From NCBI GenBank assembly GCA_035063585.1, contig JAPSGB010000013.1, forward strand, positions 1 to 64,000: DNA of 64,000 nt, written 5' to 3'. The translations under genes and the position numbers were made by a program. Shown piece after piece: positions 29,489 to 39,507 of the stretch (position 1 is its first letter; each line of letters begins with the position of its first letter). Below the pieces are notes generated by a model. It did no database searches. It saw nothing but the letters and a program-made list of their open reading frames with translations, and was not told where the DNA came from. This DNA is from Polyangiaceae bacterium. GTDB lineage: Bacteria; Myxococcota_A; Polyangia; Polyangiales; Polyangiaceae.

Positions 29489-30721
29489 ATGAGGCCTTTC
29501 AGCTTGGTTTCTGGTGGTTTGCTCGTCGCGGTGGGCTCGCTGTCCGTGGCCGCGTGCGGCGGGTCGCGGGCCGCGGAGACGACCGAGGCGGCGCGAGGCG
29601 CGATCGTCGGCGGCGAGGTGGACGACGCCGACAAGGCCGCGGTCGCGCTCGCGTTCAGCGCGTTCGGGTTCTTCTCGCAGCACTGCAGCGGCACGCTCAT
29701 CGCGCCCAACCTGGTGCTCACCGCGCGGCATTGTGTCGCGCTCACCCAGAACAACGGCCCCGAGAACAGCGTCGACTGCGCGCAGACCAATTTCGGGATG
29801 CAAGCGGGCGGTCCGGCGCTCCGCGCCACGGTGTCGACCTCGCCACCGCGCGAGGATGGCCCCGATTGGTACCCGGGCGTCGGCACCGTCGCGGTGCCGG
29901 CGGAGAGCGCGAAGATCTGCGGGAACGATCTCGCGCTCATCACGCTCGCGGGTGCCGGCATCCCCGCCGACGTCGCGACCCCGATCGTGCCGCGCATCGA
30001 CTCCTCGCCGCTCTCCGGGGAGCCCTACACCGCGATCGGATTTGGCCTCACCAATCCGAGCGACAACACCTCGAGCGGCACTCGCATGCGCATCGACGAT
30101 AACCAGGTGTCGTGCACGGGTGAAGAGTGCAGCGCGATGTTCCAGGTCGAGCCGAGCGAGTGGATGGGCGACTCACGCACCTGCCCCGGAGACTCGGGCG
30201 GCCCGGCCATCGACGCCGAGGGCCGCGTGATGGGCGTCCTCTCGCGTGGCCCGACGGGGTGCCTGTCGAGCGTGTACGGCGACGTCGCGTCGCACCGCGA
30301 CCTCATCGTAGAGACTGCCCTCGCCGCGGCGAAGTCCGGCGGCTACGAGCCGCCGTTCTGGGCGACGACCGGTTCGAGCACGCTGCCCTCGACCGATGAC
30401 GGCGGCGCGGACGCCGCGCCGTCCGGCGGCGCGCTCGGTGACGCCTGCGACGCTCGGCACGGCTGCGCGGACGGCGCGCTCTGCTACGCGACCGACGGGT
30501 CGAACGGCACCTGCGTCGCGGCGTGCGGCGGCGAACGCTCCTGCCCGGACGGCACCCGCTGCGACGCGACCCTCGGCGCGTGCCTCGCCCCGGCGGCGAG
30601 TGGCGGTGGGAGCGCGGAAGGCGGAGGCTGTGCGCTCGCGCGGGGGCCGGCTCGGCCGGTGCCGTGGCTCGTCGGTGCGCTGGCCGGACTCGGCGCGCTC
30701 CTCCGCCGGCGTCGGCGATGA
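29489..30721 (+). CDS. Secreted trypsin-like (S1) serine protease with Cys-rich domain and MYXO-CTERM-like tail
   Basis: IVGG, catalytic triad motifs LTARHC, NDLALI and GDSGGP, and C-terminal GGGC...LAGLGALLRRRRR. Confidence 0.88.
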   Translation: MRPFSLVSGGLLVAVGSLSVAACGGSRAAETTEAARGAIVGGEVDDADKAAVALAFSAFGFFSQHCSGTLIAPNLVLTARHCVALTQNNGPENSVDCAQTNFGMQAGGPALRATVSTSPPREDGPDWYPGVGTVAVPAESAKICGNDLALITLAGAGIPADVATPIVPRIDSSPLSGEPYTAIGFGLTNPSDNTSSGTRMRIDDNQVSCTGEECSAMFQVEPSEWMGDSRTCPGDSGGPAIDAEGRVMGVLSRGPTGCLSSVYGDVASHRDLIVETALAAAKSGGYEPPFWATTGSSTLPSTDDGGADAAPSGGALGDACDARHGCADGALCYATDGSNGTCVAACGGERSCPDGTRCDATLGACLAPAASGGGSAEGGGCALARGPARPVPWLVGALAGLGALLRRRRR

Positions 30722-31713
30722 GCGCCTCCGCGCCGGCCGCGGAGCACGATCACGGCGGCCACGGTCCACGAGCTCACGGCGCTCACCGGCACGGCCACCA
30801 GGGCGGCCACGGACACGAGCACCCCACGGCGCCGACGCGGGTGCTCGCGCTCGCGCTCGCGCTCACCTGCTCGTTCATGGTGGTCGAGGCGGTGATCGGC
30901 CTCACGAGCGGCAGCCTCGCGCTCCTCGCCGACGCCGGTCACATGCTCTCCGACACCGGCGCGCTCGTGCTCGCGCTGGTCGCTCAGCGATTCGCGAGCC
31001 GGCCGCGCACGGCTCGCTCGACCTTCGGGTTGCGCCGAGCGGAGGTGCTCGCGGCCTTCGTGAACGGCGTCGCGCTGGCGGCCACGGCACTATGGATAAT
31101 CGTGGAGGCGTTCGAGCGCTGGCTCACCCCGACGGAGATCCACGGCGAGGCCCTGCTCTTGACCGCCTGCGTCGGACTCGGCGTCAACGCCCTGGTAGCC
31201 GCGCTGCTCATGCGCGGACAGCGCGACAACCTCAACGTGCGCGCCGCCTTCCTACACGTGCTCACCGACGCGCTCGGCTCGGTCGGCGCCATCCTGGCGG
31301 GGGTGGCGGTGGTCACGCTCGGCTGGACGCGCGCCGATCCCGCCCTCTCCGTCCTCATCGCCATCTTGGTAGCGCTGAGCGGCTGGCGCGTGCTCCGCGA
31401 GACGACCACCATCTTGCTCGAGGCCGCACCCTCGCACCTCGACGTCCGCGCCATCGAGCGCACCATCCTCGACTCGAGCGGCGTCGCCTCACTGCACGAC
31501 CTGCACGTCTGGCGGATCAGCGACGCGTTCGACGCGCTCACCGTCCACGTCGTGCTCGAGCGCGGCGCGCATGGTATCGAGGTTTGCCAGGACGTCGCCG
31601 AGCGGCTACGCCGCGAGCACCTCCTCGAGCACGTCACGGTGCAGCCCGAGGCGCCGCCGCCCGATCCGCTCGTCAGCGTACGCCGCGACCGAGACGGAGC
31701 GCCCATTTCATGA
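30718..31713 (+). CDS. Cation diffusion facilitator (CzcD/ZitB-like Zn/Co/Cd exporter)
   Basis: His-rich N-terminus, SLALLADAGHMLSD, NVRAAFLHVLTD, HDLHVW and HVTVQPE. ATGA overlap with the protease gene. Confidence 0.92.
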   Translation: MSASAPAAEHDHGGHGPRAHGAHRHGHQGGHGHEHPTAPTRVLALALALTCSFMVVEAVIGLTSGSLALLADAGHMLSDTGALVLALVAQRFASRPRTARSTFGLRRAEVLAAFVNGVALAATALWIIVEAFERWLTPTEIHGEALLLTACVGLGVNALVAALLMRGQRDNLNVRAAFLHVLTDALGSVGAILAGVAVVTLGWTRADPALSVLIAILVALSGWRVLRETTTILLEAAPSHLDVRAIERTILDSSGVASLHDLHVWRISDAFDALTVHVVLERGAHGIEVCQDVAERLRREHLLEHVTVQPEAPPPDPLVSVRRDRDGAPIS

Positions 31714-31762
31714 TCGTCTCACCCCTCGGCGAAGAAGTGATAGGGTAGCCCGCGGTGACTCG

Positions 31763-32428
31763 GTGAAGACGCGACTCATGCTTCCGGCGCTCGGGCTGCT
31801 CCTCGCAGGATGTTACGGGGAGCCCAAGATGCTCGAGCCGCGCAGCCCGCCGCCGCGGCAACCGCCGCCGGTCGCCGTCCCGGGAACGCCGATCCCCGAC
31901 GGGTACGGGCGCGTGCTCTTGAACGGCACCGACGGTCCGCTGAAGATCACCGCGCGCGCCGACCAGTCGTTCGTGCCGCCGGGGCACCCGGTGCCGCCCA
32001 ACCGCACCGGCGAGCTCTGCGTCACGCCGTGCGTCGTGGATCTGCCGGTCGGTCGCTACGAGCTCTACATGACGAGCGCCGACGGCACCTACGCGCGCGG
32101 CGACACCGACACCCTGATCGTCGCGGAGGGGCTCACGCAATACGAGCGCGCGCCTGGTAAGTACGTGCAGCCGGACTGGATCCCGATCGCGCCGACGGCG
32201 GTGGTGATCCTCGGCGCGCTCGCCGCGCTCGGCGGCGCGGGCCTCGTCAGCAGCAGCGAGGGTGACTCGACCCGCATCGCGGGCGGAGCGCTGCTCGCTG
32301 GCGGGGTCGTCACCGTCGGTTTCGGCGGAGTGTGGCTCTACGACGCCAAGCGCGGCGCCATCCAGGCTGGCGCGACGACGCAGTGGACGCTCCCTCGGAC
32401 CCCACCCAACCCTGGAGGAGAACCGTGA
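31763..32428 (+). CDS. Hypothetical lipoprotein with C-terminal membrane hairpin
   Basis: Lipobox LLAGC, LCVTPCVVDLP.G motif and two C-terminal hydrophobic segments. Start could be 31763 (GTG) or 31778. Confidence 0.7.
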   Translation: MKTRLMLPALGLLLAGCYGEPKMLEPRSPPPRQPPPVAVPGTPIPDGYGRVLLNGTDGPLKITARADQSFVPPGHPVPPNRTGELCVTPCVVDLPVGRYELYMTSADGTYARGDTDTLIVAEGLTQYERAPGKYVQPDWIPIAPTAVVILGALAALGGAGLVSSSEGDSTRIAGGALLAGGVVTVGFGGVWLYDAKRGAIQAGATTQWTLPRTPPNPGGEP

Positions 32429-32742
32429 AAAAGACCCTCATCATGCTGTTTCTGTCGCTCACCGCCGGCTGCGCGACCAGCTTCACCGGTAGCCCGCACG
32501 TGGAAAACGGCCGCCAAGGCTGCGAGTCCAAGTGCAAGTCGCAAGGCATGGAAGTCGCCGGAATGGTCTACATGGGCGAGTACACCGACGGCTGCGTGTG
32601 CGTCGTCCCGGGGCAGAGCGCGAGCCGCCGCCAACTCTTGATGGCGGCCGCCAACGGCGCCGCGGCCGGCTCGGCCGGTGTCGTCCTACAAATGCGACGA
32701 CAGCAGGAGGAGAACCAGCGACAGTCGCTCTTCTTCCACTGA
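32425..32742 (+). CDS. Small Cys-containing lipoprotein
   Basis: GGAGGAG RBS, GTGA overlap, lipobox TAGC, CxxxC and GCVC. Confidence 0.72.
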   Translation: MKKTLIMLFLSLTAGCATSFTGSPHVENGRQGCESKCKSQGMEVAGMVYMGEYTDGCVCVVPGQSASRRQLLMAAANGAAAGSAGVVLQMRRQQEENQRQSLFFH

Positions 32743-32819
32743 GCGGCGCGCCGCGTCAGCCTTCGGTACGAATCCTGCGTTCCCGCGACGAACCGACCAC
32801 CAACCCAAGAGGCTCACCC

Positions 32820-33287
32820 ATGCAGATCGACATCGGTATCGACGAGAAGGCGCGCGAGCAGATCGCCAGCGCGCTCGCCAAGGTCCAGGCGGACACCTAC
32901 ACGCTCTACCTGAAGACGCACAATTTTCACTGGAACGTCACCGGCCCCATGTTCCAGACGCTGCACCTCATGTTCGAGACCCACTACAACGAGCTCTGGG
33001 TCGCGGTGGACGAGCTCGCCGAGCGCATCCGCGCCCTTGGATACCCCGCGCCCGGTTCGTACCGTCAGTTCTCGAAGCTCTCGTCGATCGAAGACGAAGA
33101 GGGCGTACCCACCGCGGAAGAGATGATCCGGCAGCTCGTGGCTGGTCACCAGACGACCGCGCGGACCGCGCGGGCGGCCTTTCAGATCGCGAACGACGCC
33201 AACGATCAGCCCACCTGCGATCTATTGACGCAGCGGATGCAGATCCACGAAAAAACCGCGTGGATGCTCCGTAGCTTGCTGGCGTAG
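32820..33287 (+). CDS. dps: Dps DNA-protection/ferritin-like protein
   Basis: [33 protein letters not shown] and HEKTAWML. Confidence 0.95.
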   Translation: MQIDIGIDEKAREQIASALAKVQADTYTLYLKTHNFHWNVTGPMFQTLHLMFETHYNELWVAVDELAERIRALGYPAPGSYRQFSKLSSIEDEEGVPTAEEMIRQLVAGHQTTARTARAAFQIANDANDQPTCDLLTQRMQIHEKTAWMLRSLLA

Positions 33288-33312
33288 CGCGCCAGGGGGG
33301 CGCGCGGCGCTG

Positions 33313-34089
33313 CTACCTCGAGACGCGCGCGCCCGCGTGGAGGAGCGACTGGAAGCGATCCGTGGTCGCGACCAACACCGGGCTCGCCTGGTCGAGCCCA
33401 AGCCCTCGGAGGTGCTCGACCATGGCGTGGCGCGACTCGCCCAGCTCGAGGCGCAGCCCCCCACCGCGACGGAGGCGCTGCGCCCCGCGCACGTCCACCG
33501 GGGTGCGGATGAGCTCTCCCTCGAACATCGAGTAGGTGGTGAGCGACAGCGGCGGCGCCGGAACACCACGACCGAGCTCGCCCGACAAGCGCACGATCTC
33601 GCCCTCGCCGTCCGGATCGAGCACCGCCGCGTCGAAACGATCGGTGGCGAGCGCGAAGGGGAGCCGAGTCACGAACTTCGGGAAGCCCCAGAGCTCACGA
33701 CCGGCCGCGTTCGCGATGGCGGTGGACACCGGCAAGTCGACGATGAACACGCCGAGCTCACGCTCGCGCGGCGCGCGGAAGAGCTCGAGCGCTCCGAGGC
33801 GCGGCGGCGTCGCGCGCGCGGGGCGCACCGGGAGCGCGAGACCGACCTCGCCGTAGGCGCCGATGGTCGTGTCGCGGTACTCGTAGAACGCGAGCCCGGC
33901 GAACGCGCGCCCGCTCCGCGCGAGCGCGGGCTCGAGCGGCGTCCCGGCGAGCAACTCCCGAGCGCGCAGCTCGGGCACCCGAAAGATCGCCACCACGGCG
34001 CTCACCTCGCGGTAGCGGATCGGCAGCTCGACGAGCCCTTGGCTCGTACGATGTGCGGTCAGCGGGACGTCGAAGAAATCACGCGGCAT
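33313..34089 (-). CDS. Acetoacetate decarboxylase-family protein
   Basis: YEYRDTTIGAYGEV, DLPVS and GRELWGFPK motifs. GAGAGG RBS. Confidence 0.8.
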   Translation of the reverse strand: MPRDFFDVPLTAHRTSQGLVELPIRYREVSAVVAIFRVPELRARELLAGTPLEPALARSGRAFAGLAFYEYRDTTIGAYGEVGLALPVRPARATPPRLGALELFRAPRERELGVFIVDLPVSTAIANAAGRELWGFPKFVTRLPFALATDRFDAAVLDPDGEGEIVRLSGELGRGVPAPPLSLTTYSMFEGELIRTPVDVRGAQRLRRGGGLRLELGESRHAMVEHLRGLGLDQASPVLVATTDRFQSLLHAGARVSR

Positions 34090-34135
34090 CGGTCATACCT
34101 CTCGAGAGCGCGCCGCGCGCGTCCTGGGGTGTGTG

Positions 34136-35650
34136 TCAGGAGGGCTCTGGCGGAGTCCAGCGCAGCCGCGGCTTGCGCGCCGCGCGCGCCTCGTCCAGCC
34201 GCCCGACGCGCGTGACGTGCGGCGCCGTCTTGACGAGCTCGGGGTTCTCCCTCGCCTCGCGGAGGATGTCGCCGATCGCCTCGGCGAAGGCGTCGAGCGT
34301 CTGCTTCGTCTCCGTCTCGGTCGGCTCGACCATGAGCGCGCCGCGGACCACGAGCGGGAAATACACGGTCGGCGGATGGAACCCGTAGTCGATGAGTCGC
34401 TTGGCAAGATCGAGCGTCTTTACGCCCGTCTCGGCTTCGAGGGCCTTGTCCGTGAACACGGCCTCGTGGAGCGCCGGCGTCGCGTAGGCGAGCGGCAGGT
34501 GCTCTTCGAGTCGGCGAGCCAGGTAGTTCGCGTTCAGGACGGCGAGATCGCTCACCTTACGGAGCCCGTACGGGCCGAGCTCGCGGATGTACGCATAGGC
34601 GCGCACCATCATGCCGAAGTTGCCGAAGAACGAACGGACGCGGCCGATGCTCGACGGCCGATCCCAGTAGACGCGATACGCGGCGCCGTCGCGACGCACC
34701 ACCGGCGACGGCTGGAAGGGCTCGAGCACTTTCTTGAACGCGACCGGGCCGGAGCCGGGGCCGCCGCCGCCGTGCGGCGTGGTGAACGTCTTGTGCAGGT
34801 TGAACTGCATCACGTCGATGCCCACGTCTCCGGGGCGCGCGCGGCCGAGCACCGCGTTCATGTTCGCGCCGTCGCCGTAGACGAGGCCGCCGCGCTTGTG
34901 CACGAGCTCGACCAGCCGCGGCATCGCGCTCTCGTAGAGCCCGAGCGTGTTCGGGTTGGTCATCATCATGCCCGCGACGTCGTCACCGGCTTGCTCGAGC
35001 GCGGCGAGCAGCGTCTCGGGCTCGACCACGCCGGCGCTGCCGGACGGGAACGCTACCGCGTCGAAACCGTTGAGCGCCGAGCTCGCGGGGTTCGTGCCGT
35101 GCGCGCTGTCCGGGATGAAGATCTTCTTGGGCGAGCGACCGCGCGACTCGTGATAGGCGCGGATCATCATGAGGCCGGTGAGCTCGCCTTGCGCGCCCGC
35201 CGCGGGCTGCAAGCTCACGCCATCCATCCCCACGATCTCGGCGAGCAGCGCCTCGAGCCGCACCATGAGCTCGAGCGCGCCCTGCGCGAGGTGCTCGGGC
35301 GTCCACGGGTGGAGCGCCGCGAACCCGTCGAGGCGCGCCGCCCACTCGTTCACCTTCGGGTTATATTTCATGGTGCACGACCCGAGCGGATAAAACTGCG
35401 TGTCGATGCAGAAGTTCCACTGGGAGAGGCGCACGAAGTGCCGGAACGCCTCGGGTTCGCTCACCTCGGGCAGCCCCGCCGGCGTCTTTCGAGCGAGCGC
35501 GCCGAACGCGAGCGCCGGATCGACGGGCGGGACGTCGAGCGTAGGCAGCGACGCGCCGTGGCGCCCCGGCGCTCCTCGCTCGAAAATCGGCGGCTCGATG
35601 AAGGAGAGGCCCGGTGCCGCCTCGGCGGCGCTCGAAGACGGAGTCGTCAT
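34136..35650 (-). CDS. gcvPB: Glycine dehydrogenase (decarboxylating) subunit 2
   Basis: YPLGSCTMKYNP, QPAAGAQGE, SAHGTNPAS, PLP motif NLHKTFTTPHGGGGPG and EPTETE. Confidence 0.96.
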   Translation of the reverse strand: MTTPSSSAAEAAPGLSFIEPPIFERGAPGRHGASLPTLDVPPVDPALAFGALARKTPAGLPEVSEPEAFRHFVRLSQWNFCIDTQFYPLGSCTMKYNPKVNEWAARLDGFAALHPWTPEHLAQGALELMVRLEALLAEIVGMDGVSLQPAAGAQGELTGLMMIRAYHESRGRSPKKIFIPDSAHGTNPASSALNGFDAVAFPSGSAGVVEPETLLAALEQAGDDVAGMMMTNPNTLGLYESAMPRLVELVHKRGGLVYGDGANMNAVLGRARPGDVGIDVMQFNLHKTFTTPHGGGGPGSGPVAFKKVLEPFQPSPVVRRDGAAYRVYWDRPSSIGRVRSFFGNFGMMVRAYAYIRELGPYGLRKVSDLAVLNANYLARRLEEHLPLAYATPALHEAVFTDKALEAETGVKTLDLAKRLIDYGFHPPTVYFPLVVRGALMVEPTETETKQTLDAFAEAIGDILREARENPELVKTAPHVTRVGRLDEARAARKPRLRWTPPEPS

Positions 35651-35664
35651 GTCGCGAGCTCGGC

Positions 35665-36252
35665 TCAGGGGTTCGGAGCTTCGGAGTCGCCGCTCGGACT
35701 CTGCTCTTCCTGGTTCGGAGTCGCGTCGTCCCATCCGCCCCCGACGTTGCCGCGATCGTAGCGATCCGGGATCACCTTCTTGCAGTCGGGCACCTGGCGC
35801 TCTTGCTTCACCGCCGTCCACGTATCGCCCGCGTCGCTCTCGCCGGTGCCCCACTGCCCGTCGATCACATCGGCCTCGCCCGCCTTCGGCCGCCCGTACT
35901 TGAAGTACCCCTTGCCGGCCTTCTGCGCGGCGGCGCCGACCTGCCCGATCTTCTGGTTCTGCCAGCTATAGCGGAGCAGGTTCCCCTCGACCTTCCCGCT
36001 CATCTGCCCGAATTCGTCGCCGGCCGTGTTCCGCCAGCAGCCGGTCACGGTGTCCCCCTCCTTGATGAGGTGGAGGTAACCGTAGAGCTCGCTGTAGTAC
36101 ACGCCGGTCCAGTCGCCACCGTCGGGCATGGTGCCGGGCTGGACAGCCGCGTGGACGACCTTCTGCCCGCCGCCACAGGCGGCGAGCGTGAGGGGAGCGA
36201 GCGCGAACGCGCCGCCGAGAGCGATGCGAGTGACGAGCCTCGGGACGAACAT
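35665..36252 (-). CDS. Hypothetical lipoprotein
   Basis: Lipobox LAAC and a beta-rich domain (WTGVYYS.LYG.LHL). Ends 14 nt before gcvPB. Confidence 0.75.
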   Translation of the reverse strand: MFVPRLVTRIALGGAFALAPLTLAACGGGQKVVHAAVQPGTMPDGGDWTGVYYSELYGYLHLIKEGDTVTGCWRNTAGDEFGQMSGKVEGNLLRYSWQNQKIGQVGAAAQKAGKGYFKYGRPKAGEADVIDGQWGTGESDAGDTWTAVKQERQVPDCKKVIPDRYDRGNVGGGWDDATPNQEEQSPSGDSEAPNP

Positions 36253-36387
36253 GGCGCGGACTCTACCACGGGTTTCGCGACTGCGATCCACTCGTCGAAG
36301 CGCGCACCTCGCTTCGGGGAGCCTGGATGGTCGGGCCGGCGCGGCCGGCGGCGCGCTCCGGCGCCCTCGGCCCCGCCGACCCAGCCG

Positions 36388-37287
36388 TCAGCCAGCGCGG
36401 AGCGCGCGCCCGAGCTCGACCCCGAGCGCGCGCGCCTCCGCGGCGTTCGCCGGCCACGCGGCGCGCACCTCGCGGCGGCGCGCCCGCGAGCCGTCCGGCT
36501 CGGCGAGCATCGCGCGGAGGAGCATCTGCCCCCCGTCGCGGATGGCGTAGCCGGCCACCGGCACCTGGCAGCTCCCGTCCACCGCGACCATGACGCCGCG
36601 CTCGGCCTCGACCATGAGCGCGGTCTCCGCGTGGGCGAGCGGCGCGATGCGCTCGAGCACGCGGTCGTCCCCCGCGCGGATCTCGATGGCGAGCGCCCCC
36701 TGCCCGACCGCGGGCAGACAGCGCTCGGGCTCGAGCACCTCGGTGATCTCGTCCGCGAGCCCGAGCCGGAGGAGCCCAGCGCGCGCGAGGATCACCGCCT
36801 CGACCTCGCCCTCGCGGCACTTTCGGAGTCGCGTGTCGACGTTGCCGCGGAGCGCCAAGAACTCCAAATCGGGGCGCCAAGCTGCGAGTTGCACGCGACG
36901 ACGCAGCGACGAGGTGCCGATCCTCGCGCCCGCGGGCAGCTCCGCCAGCGGTCGGCCGTCGCGCGTCACGACCGCGTCGCGCGGATCTTCGCGGAGCGGA
37001 ACGCAGCCGATGGCGAGCGACGGCGCGAGCTCCGCCGGGACGTCCTTCAGCGAGTGCACCGCGAGATCGGCGCGCCCGTCGAGGAGCGCCTCCTCGATCT
37101 CCTTGATGAAGAGCCCCTTGCCGCCGATCTCGCTCAGCGCGCGATCCTGCACCTGGTCGCCGGTCGTCACCACGTGCAACTCCTCGACGGTGAGGTCCGG
37201 GTATCGCTCGGAGAGCTCCCGCATCCACGCCCGCGCCTGAGCCAGGGCGAGCGCGCTGCGACGCGTCGCGACCACCAGTCGTTCCAT
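36388..37287 (-). CDS. hemC: Hydroxymethylbilane synthase (porphobilinogen deaminase)
   Basis: ATRRSALALAQ, GGKGLFIKE, VHSLKD, GTSSLRR, RGNVDTRL and GSCQVP. Confidence 0.97.
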   Translation of the reverse strand: MERLVVATRRSALALAQARAWMRELSERYPDLTVEELHVVTTGDQVQDRALSEIGGKGLFIKEIEEALLDGRADLAVHSLKDVPAELAPSLAIGCVPLREDPRDAVVTRDGRPLAELPAGARIGTSSLRRRVQLAAWRPDLEFLALRGNVDTRLRKCREGEVEAVILARAGLLRLGLADEITEVLEPERCLPAVGQGALAIEIRAGDDRVLERIAPLAHAETALMVEAERGVMVAVDGSCQVPVAGYAIRDGGQMLLRAMLAEPDGSRARRREVRAAWPANAAEARALGVELGRALRAG

Positions 37288-38681
37288 CAGCTTGCTCCGC
37301 GTCCCGAGGCCGCCCGCGGCGCCTCGTCGTGGGTCTCGTCGTGGGTCTCGTCGCTCTCAGGCTCGCCGTCGCTCGGAACCGAGCGCGGCTCGGCCTCGAG
37401 CGAGGGGTCGTCGAGGGCGAAGAGCTCGCCCAACATGCTCGTCATTTGATCCACCGACGGCCCCTCTTCGCCGTGCTCCACGGCCAGCTCGCGAAGCCGC
37501 GCGGTCGGGCCGTGCAGCATCTTGTTGAGCGCGGCGTCGAGCATCCTACGGAGCGCGTCGCGCTCGCCCGCCCCGAGGTGCTTCAGCTTGGTCCGAAGGC
37601 TGTGGTCGAGCTCGGCGTAGAGCACGCGGCGCAGGCGGCTGCGGAGCGCGACCACGGTTGGCGTCACCTGCGCGGCCTCTTCCCAGCGCTCGTAGCCGGC
37701 CGTCTCCTCGGCCACGATCGCCTCGGCCCGCTCGGCCTCGCGCGCCCGGCTCGAGACCGAGTCGGCGACCACCCGCGAGAGGTCGTCCACGTTGTAGAGG
37801 AACACGTTGTCGAGCCCGTCGACCGCCGGATCGACGTCGCGGGGCACCGCGAGATCGATGAAGAACAGGCTTCGGCCGCGGCGCTGCTTGCGGAGCGAGC
37901 TCACGAGCTCGAGCTCGACCACATAGGCGGGCGCGCTGGTGCTGGTGATGACGACGTCCGCCTCGACCAGCGCCGCGCGGAGGTCGCTCCACGGCCGCGG
38001 CTCGCCCGCGACCAACCGCGCGAGCTCGGCGACGCGGAGCTCGTTGCGCCCCACCACCGAGAGCCGCGCGCCGGCGCCCGCGAGCAGCCGCGCGGCGGTC
38101 TCGGCCATCTCGCCGGAGCCGATGAGGACCACGCTGCGGCCGCGGAGATCCCCGAAGATCTGCCGGGCGAGATCGACCGCCACGCTCGGCACCGAGACCA
38201 GCCCGGAGCCGATCATGGTCGTCGAGCGCACCCGCTTCGCGGCGCGGATCGCCCGCGACACGACGCGGTGGAGCCGCGGGCCGAGCGTGCCCGCGGCGCG
38301 CGCCGCCTCGAACGCGTCCTTCACCTGGCCGAGGATCTGCGGCTCGCCGAGCACGAGCGAGTCGAGCGACGACGCGACGCGGAAGAGATGGCGCACCCCA
38401 GCGGCCCCCTCGTGCACGTAGAGGTGCTCGCCGAGCCCAGGTGCCCGCTCGACCAGCGCGCGCGTGACGTCGCGGGCGACCTCGCCGAGCTCCGCGTCGG
38501 CCCGCTCGCCCGCCGCAACCACCTCCACCCGGTTGCACGTGGACACCAGCATCGCCTCCCGCACCGACGGCCGCGCAACCAGCTCGGCGAGCACGCGCGG
38601 CGCGATGTCTTTCGGGATCGCGATGAGCTCCCGGACGCTGATGGACGCGGTCCGGTGCGAAAGGCCGACCACGACGATCAT
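37287..38681 (-). CDS. hemA: Glutamyl-tRNA reductase
   Basis: VGLSHRTA, STCNRVE, SLDSLVLGEPQILGQVK, IGSGEMA and DLAVPRD. Confidence 0.96.
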   Translation of the reverse strand: MIVVVGLSHRTASISVRELIAIPKDIAPRVLAELVARPSVREAMLVSTCNRVEVVAAGERADAELGEVARDVTRALVERAPGLGEHLYVHEGAAGVRHLFRVASSLDSLVLGEPQILGQVKDAFEAARAAGTLGPRLHRVVSRAIRAAKRVRSTTMIGSGLVSVPSVAVDLARQIFGDLRGRSVVLIGSGEMAETAARLLAGAGARLSVVGRNELRVAELARLVAGEPRPWSDLRAALVEADVVITSTSAPAYVVELELVSSLRKQRRGRSLFFIDLAVPRDVDPAVDGLDNVFLYNVDDLSRVVADSVSSRAREAERAEAIVAEETAGYERWEEAAQVTPTVVALRSRLRRVLYAELDHSLRTKLKHLGAGERDALRRMLDAALNKMLHGPTARLRELAVEHGEEGPSVDQMTSMLGELFALDDPSLEAEPRSVPSDGEPESDETHDETHDEAPRAASGRGAS

Positions 38682-39499
38682 AGGCCCTCCACGCCGCCCG
38701 GCTTGAGCGCGTAGAGCAGGATCACGAGCAGCACGCAGACCACCCCGGCGATGGTCCCGTAGGCGGCGCGGCGACCGCGCCAGCCGACCGCGGCGCGAAG
38801 CGCGAGCACGCCGGCGACGAGGAACCAGGTCATGAACGCGAGGGCGGTGCGGGCGAGTTCGGCGGCGCTGGCGCTCACGAGATCGGTGGCGAAGATGACG
38901 CCGGTGACGATGCCGAAGGTGAGCAGCGGGAACCCGGCGAGCAAGAGCCTGTGCTCGGTCGTGTCGAGCGCGTCGAGCGGCGGCAGCTTGGCGGTGAGCC
39001 CGCCCGCGCGCTTGGCCTTGAGTCGGCGCTCCTGCACCAGGTAAAAGACGCCGGCCGCGCCGGCCAGCAGAAACAACCCCAGCCCGGCGAGGTTCGCGGT
39101 GATGTGGAGCGCGAGCAGGCCCTTCGGCACGGTCGGCGAGAGGTCGGGCAGGCCCACGAACTCGGCGCCGACCAGGAAGGTGAGCGCGACCGGCGCAATG
39201 AACGCGCCGATCGCGTTCAGCCGGAGGCGGCGCCGCACCAGGAGAAAGACGGTCGTCGCGAGTAGCGCCGAGAGGCTGAGCGCGAAGTGCAGCGACTCGA
39301 CCGGGCTCACCCGGGACCAGACGCTCGCCGCGATCACGTGCGCGCCGTGCATGAGCGCGCCCGCCGCGAGCGCTACCGGCGCCCACCGCGAGGCGACCAG
39401 CGAGCCCTCGCGCCGGGCGAGATCGACGAAGAAGAGCGTCGCTGCCGCCGAGTAGCTGATGACGCCGAGAAAGAACGCGATGGTGGCGACTTGAGCCAT
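38678..39499 (-). CDS. CcsA/HemX-like cytochrome c assembly family membrane protein
   Basis: About 8 TM segments, YLVQERRLKAK..LPPLDALD and GWRGRRAA. Overlaps the hemA start, as is usual for this family. Confidence 0.85.
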   Translation of the reverse strand: MAQVATIAFFLGVISYSAAATLFFVDLARREGSLVASRWAPVALAAGALMHGAHVIAASVWSRVSPVESLHFALSLSALLATTVFLLVRRRLRLNAIGAFIAPVALTFLVGAEFVGLPDLSPTVPKGLLALHITANLAGLGLFLLAGAAGVFYLVQERRLKAKRAGGLTAKLPPLDALDTTEHRLLLAGFPLLTFGIVTGVIFATDLVSASAAELARTALAFMTWFLVAGVLALRAAVGWRGRRAAYGTIAGVVCVLLVILLYALKPGGVEGL

Positions 39500-39507
39500 C
39501 GCGCGAG

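Noticed and set aside
37325..37353. 12-bp repeat in the hemA tail (ETHD x2)
   Set aside because: A short in-frame slippage in a disordered C-terminus with no evident function.
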